A stretch of 64,000 bases of DNA from the NCBI GenBank assembly GCA_020057405.1, contig JAGVFW010000013.1, forward strand, positions 87,711-151,710. Reading direction: 5' to 3'. The position numbers were made by a program, and so were the translations under genes. Of this stretch, positions 10,065 to 19,186 are shown one piece after another. Each line of letters starts with the position of its first letter. Within the stretch, counting starts at the first letter, position 1. The notes under the pieces are model-generated. The model was given only the letters and a program-made list of their open reading frames with translations. It did no database searches and was not told the origin of the DNA. Source of the DNA: an archaeon. GTDB lineage: Archaea > Micrarchaeota > Micrarchaeia > Norongarragalinales > UBA97.

Positions 10065-10130
10065 CGGGAAGGATTTAAGAACGAGCGGCCGCCAAAGACT
10101 GGTTTAGCGGGCTTTCGAAAAGAAAAAAAA
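10065..10130. repeat. intergenic repeat R, copy 2
   Basis: 49 of 51 nt identical to copy 1 (8641-8691). Confidence 0.9.
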
Positions 10131-10183
10131 CGGCTTGCAAAAGGTTCGTACGGCCGAATAAAGGAATAAAGAGTCCTGAATTT

Positions 10184-10948
10184 ATGGGAAAACCCATCCA
10201 CGGAAAGTACTATTCCACCTCAGAATATCATCGGGCTTGGTTCACCGGCGAACTCTTCAAGGAAAAGCAATCATTCGGCACGTTTGCTAGGTTTCATCCC
10301 GAAATCCTAATCGACCAGATACGCGACTTGGTCAAAGACCCCAGTAAAAGCACCGTGCTCGAAATCGGCCCGGGAAACGCGCCAGTTTCCGCAGCATTGC
10401 CCTTCAAAAGACGAATATTTATTGACCGCAGCGCCAAAATTGCGACGGACCTAAAAACCCCAGCGGCCCTCATTGAAGTTACTGCGAAAAACTTAGACGC
10501 GTTTAAGGGCCATAGCTCGTTTGAAAAAATAAAGGAACGAGTGAACAAGGGCGAACCAACTTATGCCGGAATTCGTTTAGATTCAAAAAACACGCAAATC
10601 GTAGTCGGAGACGCTACCGCGCTGCCTTTTCGCAAAGACGTCATGCATGACTTGGTCGTAGTCAACGAAGTGCTCACCCACGTGAAACCCGAAGAACGAG
10701 TTAAGACATTAGAATCCATTGCCGCACTTACCGGCGCCATACTGATAGTAGACCGGAACCGACTGCCCTTAGAGCGAATATCCCATCACCCGCGTTTCAC
10801 CGAGGCAAACAGGCTCGAAATGGAAAGACAAGTTGACTTTAATGAATTGAGAAAAGCCCTTCCCACCAACGAGTGGCACGTCCAAACTATCGAAGTAACC
10901 AGTGAAAAACAGGCATACACCATCCTGAAGGCCGTAAGAAGGAAATAA
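10184..10948 (+). CDS. class I SAM-dependent methyltransferase
   Basis: VLEIGPG motif I, VGDATALPF, DLVVVNEVLTHV. Confidence 0.8.
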   Translation: MGKPIHGKYYSTSEYHRAWFTGELFKEKQSFGTFARFHPEILIDQIRDLVKDPSKSTVLEIGPGNAPVSAALPFKRRIFIDRSAKIATDLKTPAALIEVTAKNLDAFKGHSSFEKIKERVNKGEPTYAGIRLDSKNTQIVVGDATALPFRKDVMHDLVVVNEVLTHVKPEERVKTLESIAALTGAILIVDRNRLPLERISHHPRFTEANRLEMERQVDFNELRKALPTNEWHVQTIEVTSEKQAYTILKAVRRK

Positions 10949-10959
10949 AAAAAATGACT

Positions 10960-11028
10960 CGCCAAAGGCGGGAAGGGTTTAAGAACGAGCGGCCCGACTA
11001 AGTGGGGCAGCGAGCTTTGAAAAAAAAG
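10960..11028. repeat. intergenic repeat R, copy 3
   Basis: cgccaaaggcgggaagggtttaagaacgagcggcc…gcgagctttgaaaaaaaag; ends conserved, middle diverged. Confidence 0.85.
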
Positions 11029-11160
11029 CGCTCGCGATAAAAGAAAAATCGAGTCTGAAACTGAAAATCGTTTTAGTGCAGTTTCCTCATTATGTCCGTA
11101 CCCACCCTGGCCCACGCGTTTTCCTTCAGTAAACCGCTTCGCTCCAACCCATCCAGCACT

Positions 11161-11685
11161 TCAGGATTTGAAAAAATAGCCCCCACGGCGAAGCGCACGC
11201 AATAATGTTTCAGCCGCACGGGGCTTATCGTGCAGGAACATCACGTTGTAAAACAATATGGCGTGAGGCTGGTTTAAGGGAGTGAGGCTGAGGCCTTCTA
11301 CGTTGGCGTGATGAAAAGTATACTCTATTTTTGCGTCTGAATCAAAGACATTAGAAGCTAACGCGGCTTCGCGGGCCGCAGAAAGATTGGCCTCATTAAA
11401 GTCCAAAACACTTACGCAGGCAATCTTGCCGGCCGCACGCAAGTATTTCGCAACCTCAATGTGCTCACTAGGAAAGTCGGATGACGAACCGGGCACTTCA
11501 ACTAGAGTATTTCCGCGGACTAATTTAGTGTCTGACGGCCCGCCGACTCCCACAACCCAAGCACGAATGACTTTAGACCGAGATTTGGAAAACAACGAAG
11601 TAAGGGAAGAAAGCCGAGGATTCCGGTTTGGCACGGTTAAACCAAAGGCAACAAGCTTTTCAGTCATAACAAACACCTGAATCAA
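11161..11685 (-). CDS. divergent SAM-methyltransferase-like protein
   Basis: WVVGVGG, VLDFNEANL, ILFYNVMFLH…LRRGG Rossmann methyltransferase pattern. Confidence 0.55.
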   Translation of the reverse strand: MIQVFVMTEKLVAFGLTVPNRNPRLSSLTSLFSKSRSKVIRAWVVGVGGPSDTKLVRGNTLVEVPGSSSDFPSEHIEVAKYLRAAGKIACVSVLDFNEANLSAAREAALASNVFDSDAKIEYTFHHANVEGLSLTPLNQPHAILFYNVMFLHDKPRAAETLLRALRRGGYFFKS

Positions 11686-11736
11686 ACACTACTTTAAATC
11701 CAGCGATAAAAAAAAAGTCAGAACCAACCAGATAAC

Positions 11737-11780
11737 GGTTAAGCACGAGCCGACCGCCAAACGAGCTTAGCGCGCCAAAG
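11737..11780. repeat. degenerate repeat R, copy 4
   Basis: ggttaagcacgagccgaccgccaaacgagcttagcgcgc aligns to ttaagaacgagcggccgccaaagactggtttagcgggc. Confidence 0.55.
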
Positions 11781-12146
11781 CAGGAAAAAACAAACACACA
11801 CAAGACTAAACCAAACAACCAAGAACCACGCCGAAACAACGCATACACAAAAACATGCTACAAAACGACACGCACGCAAAGTATTTCGACGCGAAACTAC
11901 AAGAAGCGACAACAAAAAGAACCGCGCTCAAAGCACTACTAAGGAACGGATAAAACAAGCTAACTACGGCACACCACCTTTACCCCCACCGCGAAGAACG
12001 ACGGGAAGACCTTACTGCAAACGCAGCCGACCCCCGCCCTGCCTTCCTTTGATCAAATAAAGCCCCCTGACGCCTCAAAACACGCCGTTCGCGGCCCAAA
12101 AACCGCCGCTTTTAACGCTTAAAAAGTCGGGCCGCCTAATAACACT

Positions 12147-12497
12147 GTGATTCCGGACGTAGTCGAACGCATTGCCGCCGAAGTAAGCCTAGTCCTAAGC
12201 GTCATCGTCCTGATTTTCTGGGGCGCATACTCGCTCATCATAAGCCAACAACTAAAGCAAGGGACCGCCAGGAAGGACTGGAAAATTTCGATGGTATTCT
12301 ACGGCGGCATCATGCTTTTGGTGTCCTCAACCATCCTGATGGGCGCCAGCATGCTCTACAACACGCGCGAAGGAGAACAGCTCTCGACAATCCTAAACAG
12401 CATCTCGATGCTCATCTTCATCTACGGCTTCTACCTGCGCATGCAAAGCGTGCTGCCCGAAGACGGCATACTGCAACCTCACAAGAAAAAACGCTAA
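12147..12497 (+). CDS. small membrane protein (3 TM)
   Basis: Three hydrophobic helices and a basic tail; TATA-like ttaaaaa upstream. Confidence 0.7.
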   Translation: MIPDVVERIAAEVSLVLSVIVLIFWGAYSLIISQQLKQGTARKDWKISMVFYGGIMLLVSSTILMGASMLYNTREGEQLSTILNSISMLIFIYGFYLRMQSVLPEDGILQPHKKKR

Positions 12498-12515
12498 GAG
12501 ACGCACAATCGGCTA

Positions 12516-12920
12516 CTAACCGAACTCGCCTTCCTTTTCGAGCAACTTTTGCCCCAGGTGCGAATAGACTGCGAGCTTGAGTACCTTTAGCGGGAGGAGT
12601 GCGCACTTTGCCCGAACGGCCGAAATAGGAACGCCAAGAAGCGAGTAGGCAAAGTCCTTGTCGAGGAGACGGAGTTCGTCGAGCGATTTTCCAATGCAGG
12701 CTTCGCACAGCATGTCGGCCGAAGCAGTCGAAATCGCGCAACCAACGCCAGTAAACGACGCGTCCACCACCCTACCATCAGGCCCCAACTGCACGAAAAG
12801 CGTAAAATCATCCCCGCACACGGGATTGACGTCATGCGCTCGCAGTGCCGCCGACGCCAGCTCGCGCCTAAAACGCGGCGAACGATAGCGGTCCAGCACG
12901 TTCTCGGAATACATATCCAT
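12516..12920 (-). CDS. sufU: SufU/IscU-like Fe-S scaffold
   Basis: NPVCGD, GCAISTASA, RAKCALL. Confidence 0.93.
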   Translation of the reverse strand: MDMYSENVLDRYRSPRFRRELASAALRAHDVNPVCGDDFTLFVQLGPDGRVVDASFTGVGCAISTASADMLCEACIGKSLDELRLLDKDFAYSLLGVPISAVRAKCALLPLKVLKLAVYSHLGQKLLEKEGEFG

Positions 12921-12921
12921 T

Positions 12922-13065
12922 TTAGATCATGCCATGGAAAATTGCGTGAAGAACCGCGCCAAGCACAAAAATAATGCCGCCAATCAAGTAATCGCCAGTA
13001 AGCAAGGCAAACAAAAGCCCACCACCCATCAGCACATCATCTACCCAGTCTAACTGCTCAATCAT
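12922..13065 (-). CDS. 47-aa hydrophobic microprotein (not in the ORF track)
   Basis: Manual translation MIEQLDWVDDVLMGGGLLFALLTGDYLIGGIIFVLGAVLHAIFHGMI*; ATG overlaps the sufS TGA and the ORF ends 1 nt before sufU. Confidence 0.65.
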   Translation of the reverse strand: MIEQLDWVDDVLMGGGLLFALLTGDYLIGGIIFVLGAVLHAIFHGMI

Positions 13066-14303
13066 AGCCCGCCACTCCCAAAAACCCTCTTCACTTTCTT
13101 TAACGAGGCAATAAAGTAATCAACCTCATCCAAAGAATTGTAAACATAAGGCGACGCCCGCGCAGTAGCCGCAACTCCAAGCGCCCGCATCAAAGGCATT
13201 GCACAATGATGCCCCGACCGAATCGCGACCCCCTCGCCATCCAAAACCGAGGCAACATCGTGACCGTGAACGCCAGGCAAGTTAAAGGAAACCACGCCAG
13301 CCCGCTCGTGCACATCACTCGGGCCAAAAACAACTGCGCCAAGCGAGTCAAGCGACTCGAGCATCAAGGCTAGAAGCTGCTTCTCGTGCTCGCGCACCGC
13401 GCCAAGCCCGCCAATTTCAGACAAGTAGTCAAGGGCAACCCCAAAAGCAATCGCGTCACCGACATTCCCAGTACCGGCCTCAAACTTTAGCGGCGGCTCG
13501 ACAAAAGTGGAGGACTCAAAACTAACTTCGCGAATCATCTCCCCACCGTAGTTAAACGGACGCATCGAATCAAGCAACTCGCGCTTGCCCCAAAGCACCC
13601 CGACGCCCATTGGCCCAAGCATCTTGTGCGAACTAAATGCCAGAAAATCACAGCCGAGAGAAGAAACGTCAACAGGCAAGTGCGGCGCGCTTTGCGCAGC
13701 GTCCACCACAACAAGCGCACCGGCTTCGTGCGCGCGCCGGCTAATCGCCGCAACGTCATTAATCGTGCCAAGAACATTCGAAGCGTGCGTAACCGACACG
13801 AGCTTCGCACACGAAAGAAGAGAATCAAGCGACGCGAGGTCAAGACGGCCTTCCGGAGTAATCGGAATAAAGCGCAACACTGCACCAGTCTGGCCCGCGA
13901 CGAACTGCCACGGCACGATATTGCTATGGTGCTCCATCTGCGACAAGACGATGACATCGCCCTTGCGCAGGTTGGCCAAAGCCCACGAGTAGGCAATCAA
14001 GTTAAGCGATTCGGTCGTACCGCGGGTAAACACCGTCTCGCGCGCAGACGCGCCAATGAAAGCCGCAGCCTTCTTGCGCGCCGACTCATACGCATCCGTC
14101 GCCTCTGCAGAGAGCGCATGCAGCCCGCGGTGAGCGTTGGCGTTATAGCTACGGTAGTAATCCGAAAGCGCCTCAATCACTTGCACGGGTTTTTGAGTTG
14201 TCGCGGCATTATCTAGGTAAACGAGGGACTTGCCGTTAGGCAGCTTGCGCGAAAGAATCGGAAAATCTGCGCGAACGCGCGGCACGTCAATCAAGCCAAC
14301 CAC
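13062..14303 (-). CDS. sufS: cysteine desulfurase SufS
   Basis: YLDNAATTQKP, SSHKMLGP (PLP Lys), RSGHHCA. Confidence 0.97.
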   Translation of the reverse strand: MVGLIDVPRVRADFPILSRKLPNGKSLVYLDNAATTQKPVQVIEALSDYYRSYNANAHRGLHALSAEATDAYESARKKAAAFIGASARETVFTRGTTESLNLIAYSWALANLRKGDVIVLSQMEHHSNIVPWQFVAGQTGAVLRFIPITPEGRLDLASLDSLLSCAKLVSVTHASNVLGTINDVAAISRRAHEAGALVVVDAAQSAPHLPVDVSSLGCDFLAFSSHKMLGPMGVGVLWGKRELLDSMRPFNYGGEMIREVSFESSTFVEPPLKFEAGTGNVGDAIAFGVALDYLSEIGGLGAVREHEKQLLALMLESLDSLGAVVFGPSDVHERAGVVSFNLPGVHGHDVASVLDGEGVAIRSGHHCAMPLMRALGVAATARASPYVYNSLDEVDYFIASLKKVKRVFGSGGL

Positions 14304-15391
14304 TTCCTCGCGATTTCAGCCTCAATCGGCGCCAATGCCTGCGCAACACCCGCGCGCTCGGCAACCGACTCAAGAAAAGAAGAGGCGAGCGTCTTTTTCG
14401 CCTCGGGCTTAGGAATACCGCGGCTCGCCAGGTAAAAAAGAGAATCATCATCGGCGTGCGTGACCGACGAAGAGTGCGTCGCGCGCACGTCCGCCTCCTC
14501 AATCTCAAGAGTCGGCATCGCGTCAGCCCGCGCGCCCGGATTTAGCAGAAGCGCGTTTTGCGAAAGATAGGCGTCAGCATGCTTAGCGCCCTTGTCAATG
14601 CGAATGTTACCCCAAAAAACCGCGCGGCCGGAATCACGCAACACCGCGCGCATCACCGAACTCCCCTTGGTTAAAACCGCGCGGTGGTGCAGGTTGCTCG
14701 CCAAGTCAAAGTGCTGGGTGCCCGAAGCGAAAGCCAGGGAATTGTCGCGAGACGAGCTGCCCGCGCCCTCAAGCACCGCCTCAGAAAGCGACTTGCAAAG
14801 CGAAGCGCCAAAAACGGCAGTAAGAGAAGTGACTGACGCGCCGGGACCGGCGAAAAAGCGGCGCTGAGAAAGGGAAATCGCGGCAGGAGCTGACGCGAGC
14901 AAAGTCGAGTAGTGAAGAACCGCGTTTTCTCCAAGAAAAACCTCGGACGAGACTACGTGACTAGAGTTGAGCCGGTTTTCCTCAAGCACGCGAACCGCTG
15001 CGCCAACGCCAATGGAATAGAGCGTGAAGAACGTCGAAAGCTTGGCGCCGTCGCTTGAGGCGGGATAAGACAAGCGAATGGTGGCGGTCGCACCTGCGGG
15101 AACAACAACCAGAGAACCCGCAGCCGTCGCCTTGGCTAGCTCAAAGTATTTCGCAGACGACGCCGACATGGGCTGCGCCAAAAGCTTCTCAAGCAATGGC
15201 GCGGCGCGCGCGTCCGAAAGAGGCAAAACCTCGCAGCCATCTGCTTCAAGAGCCGCGCCCTGAACCGCCGAAAGCTTTAGGACGTCAAGCCCTGTGCGCG
15301 AAAGGTCGGTGTAATGGTTCTTCTCAAGCGCAGCGGCTACACTAGAGGAAAGAAAGCGCTTGCGCGCCGAGGAAAGAAAATCGCCGGCCAT
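14291..15391 (-). CDS. sufD: Fe-S cluster assembly protein SufD
   Basis: PTLEIEEADVRATH…LFYLASRGI; position in the operon. Confidence 0.9.
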   Translation of the reverse strand: MAGDFLSSARKRFLSSSVAAALEKNHYTDLSRTGLDVLKLSAVQGAALEADGCEVLPLSDARAAPLLEKLLAQPMSASSAKYFELAKATAAGSLVVVPAGATATIRLSYPASSDGAKLSTFFTLYSIGVGAAVRVLEENRLNSSHVVSSEVFLGENAVLHYSTLLASAPAAISLSQRRFFAGPGASVTSLTAVFGASLCKSLSEAVLEGAGSSSRDNSLAFASGTQHFDLASNLHHRAVLTKGSSVMRAVLRDSGRAVFWGNIRIDKGAKHADAYLSQNALLLNPGARADAMPTLEIEEADVRATHSSSVTHADDDSLFYLASRGIPKPEAKKTLASSFLESVAERAGVAQALAPIEAEIARKWLA

Positions 15392-15396
15392 GGAAA

Positions 15397-16803
15397 TCAG
15401 CCCACCGACCCGGACATGTCAAGCTCGACTAGCCGGTTTAACTCGATTGCGTACTCCATGGGCAGGCGCTTGCTGAAGTCCTCGATAAAGCCAAGGACTA
15501 TGAGGGCGAGCGCCTCGCTTTCGGTAAGCCCGCGGCTCATAAGATAGTAAAGTTGCTCCTCGCCAATCTTGCCAACAGTCGCCTCGTGGCCGACACTGAC
15601 CTGCTCTTCCTCAACTTCCATATACGGATACGTGTCACTGCGCGAAATCTCGTCAAGCAAAAGCGCGTCACACCGCACGCTCGACTTAACTCCGGTGCAG
15701 CCCTTCGCAACTTTAAGCAGGCCACGGTAGCTCGTGCGGCCGCCATCTTTTGAAACTGACTTCGAGGTAATAACCGAGGTCGTCCTAGGCGCTAGGTGAA
15801 TGACTTTGCCGCCCGAATCCTGCTGCTGCCCCTTGCCCGCATAAGCAAGCGAAAGAATCTCCGCCCGCGCACCCTCGCCCATCAAGTAAATCGACGGATA
15901 CTTCATCGTCACGCGGCTGCCGATATTGCAGTCAAGCCAAAAAACGTCCGAATTCGCGTAAGCAAACGCCCTCTTCGTCACGAGATTGTAGACATTGTTC
16001 GACCAATTCTGGATAGTGGTGTACTGCACCTTAGAACCAGGCAGGGCGACTATCTCGACAACTGCAGAATGGAGCGACGCGGCCGAGTAAACCGGCGCCG
16101 AACACCCTTCAACGTAATGCACTGAACTCCCTTCTTCCGCGATTATCAGCGTGCGCTCAAACTGCCCGACATTGGAGGCGTTGATGCGGAAGTACGCCTG
16201 CAGCGGCAAGTCCACACGCACGCCCTTCGGAACGTAAACAAAACTGCCGCCAGACCAAACAGCAGTGTTAAGCGCCGAGAACTTGTTGTCCCGATAGGGA
16301 ATAATCTTTCCGAAGTACTTGCGCACAAGTTCCGGATGCGTCTGCACCGCCGTCTCTACGTCACTGAAGATGACCCCCTTCGCCTCAAGGTCGGCGCGAA
16401 GAGAATGGTAAATATTTTCAGACTCGAACTGAGCGCCAACGCCGGCAAGAAACTTCTGCTCCGCCTCAGGGATGCCGAGCTTCTCAAATGTCTTCTTGTA
16501 CTCGTCGGGAACCATATCCCAAGTCTTGGCATTGTGCACATCAGTCGGGTTCACATAATAGTGGAGGTCGTCAAAGTCGATGCCGCTTAAGTCCGCCCCC
16601 CAAGTAGGCATCGCCCGCTTGTTGAAGTGGTCAAGCGCCTCAAGCCGCATCGCAAGCATCCACTCCGGCTCGTGCTTCTGCGCCGAAATCGTGCGCACTA
16701 ACTCTTCCGACAGGCCCTTTTCGGACTTGAAAGCATAGCCTTTCTCCGACGAATGGAAATCGAACTGCCTATAGTCGAACTCGAGGCGCATAGGCGCTTG
16801 CAT
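15397..16803 (-). CDS. sufB: Fe-S cluster assembly protein SufB
   Basis: GQFERTLII, YVEGCSAP, LHSAVVE, HEATVGKI. Confidence 0.97.
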   Translation of the reverse strand: MQAPMRLEFDYRQFDFHSSEKGYAFKSEKGLSEELVRTISAQKHEPEWMLAMRLEALDHFNKRAMPTWGADLSGIDFDDLHYYVNPTDVHNAKTWDMVPDEYKKTFEKLGIPEAEQKFLAGVGAQFESENIYHSLRADLEAKGVIFSDVETAVQTHPELVRKYFGKIIPYRDNKFSALNTAVWSGGSFVYVPKGVRVDLPLQAYFRINASNVGQFERTLIIAEEGSSVHYVEGCSAPVYSAASLHSAVVEIVALPGSKVQYTTIQNWSNNVYNLVTKRAFAYANSDVFWLDCNIGSRVTMKYPSIYLMGEGARAEILSLAYAGKGQQQDSGGKVIHLAPRTTSVITSKSVSKDGGRTSYRGLLKVAKGCTGVKSSVRCDALLLDEISRSDTYPYMEVEEEQVSVGHEATVGKIGEEQLYYLMSRGLTESEALALIVLGFIEDFSKRLPMEYAIELNRLVELDMSGSVG

Positions 16804-16804
16804 T

Positions 16805-17656
16805 TTAGCCGCCCCCTACCGACGGAACGCGGTCCGCCTTTTCCTTGTTCAACTTGATGAGCGAAGTATAGAACTCGTCCTTCCCGACGCCCTTTTCCTC
16901 GACTCGCGGAGAAAGCTTGGCGAGCGCCTCATATCCCTCGGCCTCAATTTCACTCGCGAGCTCCGGCCCCCCACTCTTCACAATGCGGCCATCAAGCATG
17001 ACGTGAACGAAATCAGGCTCGATGAACTCTAGAACGCGCTTGTAGTGAGTCATTAGAATGACCGCGCCGTTATTCTCGCGCTGCCAGCGATTGACTTCGG
17101 CCGAGGCCGTCTTGACTGAATCAACGTCAAGACCCGAATCGATTTCGTCAAGAAGCGCGAGTGACGGGCGAAGCAAGTTTAGCTGAAGCACTTCCGACCG
17201 TTTCTTCTCCCCACCAGACAGGCCGCGGTTGACGTCGCGATCCTCAAAGTCGGCAGGCAAATGCAAGTCCGCCGCGCGGGACGCGACCGTCTTTCGGAAT
17301 TCAAGCACAGTCGGCTTCTCCCCGCGAACCGCCTCGACCGCGCGCTTAAGAAAAGTGTGGAATTTTAGGCCCTGAATCTCAATGGGATGCTGAAACGCGA
17401 TGAAGACGCCCTTTCGCGCACGCTCATCTGGAGAGAGGGAAAGCAATTCCTCGCCCTTAAAGAGAAGCTGGCCAGTGGTAACGACTGCCACGGGACTCCC
17501 CGCAAGAACGTTGCCAAGCGTGCTCTTCCCGCTGCCGTTGGGGCCCATAATCGCATGCACTTCCCCCGCGTTGACCGAGAGGGTAATGCCCTTGAGAATG
17601 GACTTGCCGCCGATGCTGGCGTGAAGGTCCTTGATTTCAAGCAAAGCCATTTTCAA
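16805..17656 (-). CDS. sufC: Fe-S cluster assembly ATPase SufC
   Basis: GPNGSGKS, LSGGEKKR, LDEIDSGLD. Confidence 0.97.
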   Translation of the reverse strand: MKMALLEIKDLHASIGGKSILKGITLSVNAGEVHAIMGPNGSGKSTLGNVLAGSPVAVVTTGQLLFKGEELLSLSPDERARKGVFIAFQHPIEIQGLKFHTFLKRAVEAVRGEKPTVLEFRKTVASRAADLHLPADFEDRDVNRGLSGGEKKRSEVLQLNLLRPSLALLDEIDSGLDVDSVKTASAEVNRWQRENNGAVILMTHYKRVLEFIEPDFVHVMLDGRIVKSGGPELASEIEAEGYEALAKLSPRVEEKGVGKDEFYTSLIKLNKEKADRVPSVGGG

Positions 17657-18028
17657 TCACTTTACGTCACAATCCGCGTTGAGGCGGATGGACCCCTGGC
17701 GCAACGGCGCTTCATCCATGCCCCCGGCGCGAAGCTCGCGGCAGCACGTACACACAGTAGAAGAGGAAACCAAGTCAATTGGCTTCCGATCTGCAATGCC
17801 ATCAGCAGCAACCCGCGCAGCCTCAATAACCGAAGGCAACGAAATGGCCCCCTTCACATCCGCACCGTACTTGCCAGCAAGATACTTGCTAACCGCCGCC
17901 TGCGTAAGGCCAAGCGCCCCGGCTATTTCCATTTGCGAAAAGCCGTACTTTTCCGAAAGAATGCGGGCTGTTCGGGCCTTGACGGCCGGAACAAAACGCT
18001 TAAGCGTAACCTCACAAGGAAATATCAT
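17657..18028 (-). CDS. archaeal HTH transcriptional regulator with Cys motifs, heading the suf operon
   Basis: PCE…SQMEIAGALGLTQAAVSKY…CTCC. Confidence 0.8.
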   Translation of the reverse strand: MIFPCEVTLKRFVPAVKARTARILSEKYGFSQMEIAGALGLTQAAVSKYLAGKYGADVKGAISLPSVIEAARVAADGIADRKPIDLVSSSTVCTCCRELRAGGMDEAPLRQGSIRLNADCDVK

Positions 18029-18100
18029 GCTTTCACCCTCCCATCTAACTAGTAGAATAAGGGCGGACGAGCCTTATAATTATTACTGAGTTATAGGTCG

Positions 18101-19027
18101 GTGGGCTTGCAGGCAACTATCATCGGGGCAGGAAGGACAGGCAGCAGAATAGCTGCCGCACTGGCAAAAACCAGCCTGACGCTGACGATAATCGACCGCG
18201 ACTGCCTGGAAGAAAGCGACCTGACCGACAGCCCCGTTTACGGCCGCGCCGACTTGGGCAAAATGAAGGCCGAGGCGCTCGCAAAACACGTTGGCGCATA
18301 CGGAACTCCGATTTGCGAACACTTGTGCGCACAAAACATCGACGAACTGCTTGAAGGCACCCGAATCGTGCTTGACGCTACCGACAACTGGCACGCCCGC
18401 GCGCTAGTCAACGAATGGTGCTGGAAAACCAAAACCCCATGGATCTACTCGGGCGCCCTGGCCGCAAAAGCCATGGCTAGCGCCATCACCCCACCCCAAA
18501 AACCATGCTGGCTTTGTTGGAATGCGATTGAACCCACCCAAGTGCTAAGCTGCAGCACGAGCGGCATCGACGGACGCGCGGCAGACGCGGCCGCGCAAAA
18601 GGCGGTCGAACAAGCGCAAGCGATTGCGCAAGAAAAACGGCCAGAGCTGGCGGGAAAACTGTTTTTCGCCGATGTCGGAAAAAAAGTGGAGACGCAAACC
18701 CCCCTTGTCGCAAACCCGGAATGCCCGGTCTGCGCAAAGGGCAAGCTTCCGCTGCTTAACGGAACGGAAACGGCGCAACTCGTGTGTGGAAGCGGGCAAT
18801 GGCTCTTTCTGAATGTGGGCCTGAAGGAAAAAGTTAGGCACTACACCGTACAAGCGCTCGCGGCGAAACTTGGCCGCGGGGCAACGGCAATTGAAAGCGT
18901 GGTGCAAATAACGCGGGAAAAAGCAAGCGCCATCGTTTTTCCCGGCGGACGCGCCACAATAAGGGCAAAGGACGAGCCTGCCGCACGCAAGCTCAACGAC
19001 GAGATTGCCGAGCGCCTCTCCGCGTAA
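18101..19027 (+). CDS. ThiF/MoeB/E1-like adenylyltransferase
   Basis: IIGAGRTG, IDRD, VLDATDN, CWLC, SC…G, CPVC. Confidence 0.9.
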   Translation: MGLQATIIGAGRTGSRIAAALAKTSLTLTIIDRDCLEESDLTDSPVYGRADLGKMKAEALAKHVGAYGTPICEHLCAQNIDELLEGTRIVLDATDNWHARALVNEWCWKTKTPWIYSGALAAKAMASAITPPQKPCWLCWNAIEPTQVLSCSTSGIDGRAADAAAQKAVEQAQAIAQEKRPELAGKLFFADVGKKVETQTPLVANPECPVCAKGKLPLLNGTETAQLVCGSGQWLFLNVGLKEKVRHYTVQALAAKLGRGATAIESVVQITREKASAIVFPGGRATIRAKDEPAARKLNDEIAERLSA

Positions 19028-19074
19028 GCGGCCGCGATTGCCTTTAATACTTTTCAGGCACCTAATTCTTGCGC

Positions 19075-19185
19075 GCAGGGTTGGCGGAACGGCTACGCAT
19101 CCGACTGCAGACTCTTGAAAAACCGGCAAATGGTTTGGCAAGCGGCGTAAATCGGATTAAGCGAGTTCAACTCTCGCACCCTGCT
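19075..19185 (+). tRNA. tRNA-Cys(GCA) with a ~40-nt intron (19111-19150)
   Basis: Acceptor GCAGGGT/ACCCTGC plus U73; anticodon stem TCCGA/TCGGA; loop CT-GCA-G; T arm GCGAG-TTCAACT-CTCGC. Confidence 0.9.
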
Positions 19186-19186
19186 C

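Noticed and set aside
8631-11780. Classical integron with attC sites
   Set aside because: No RYYYAAC…GTTRRRY boxes and no IntI in the window; kept only as a repeat-delimited array.
12001-12035. Possible fifth copy of repeat R (acgggaagacctta…)
   Set aside because: Similarity is limited to about 8-12 nt.
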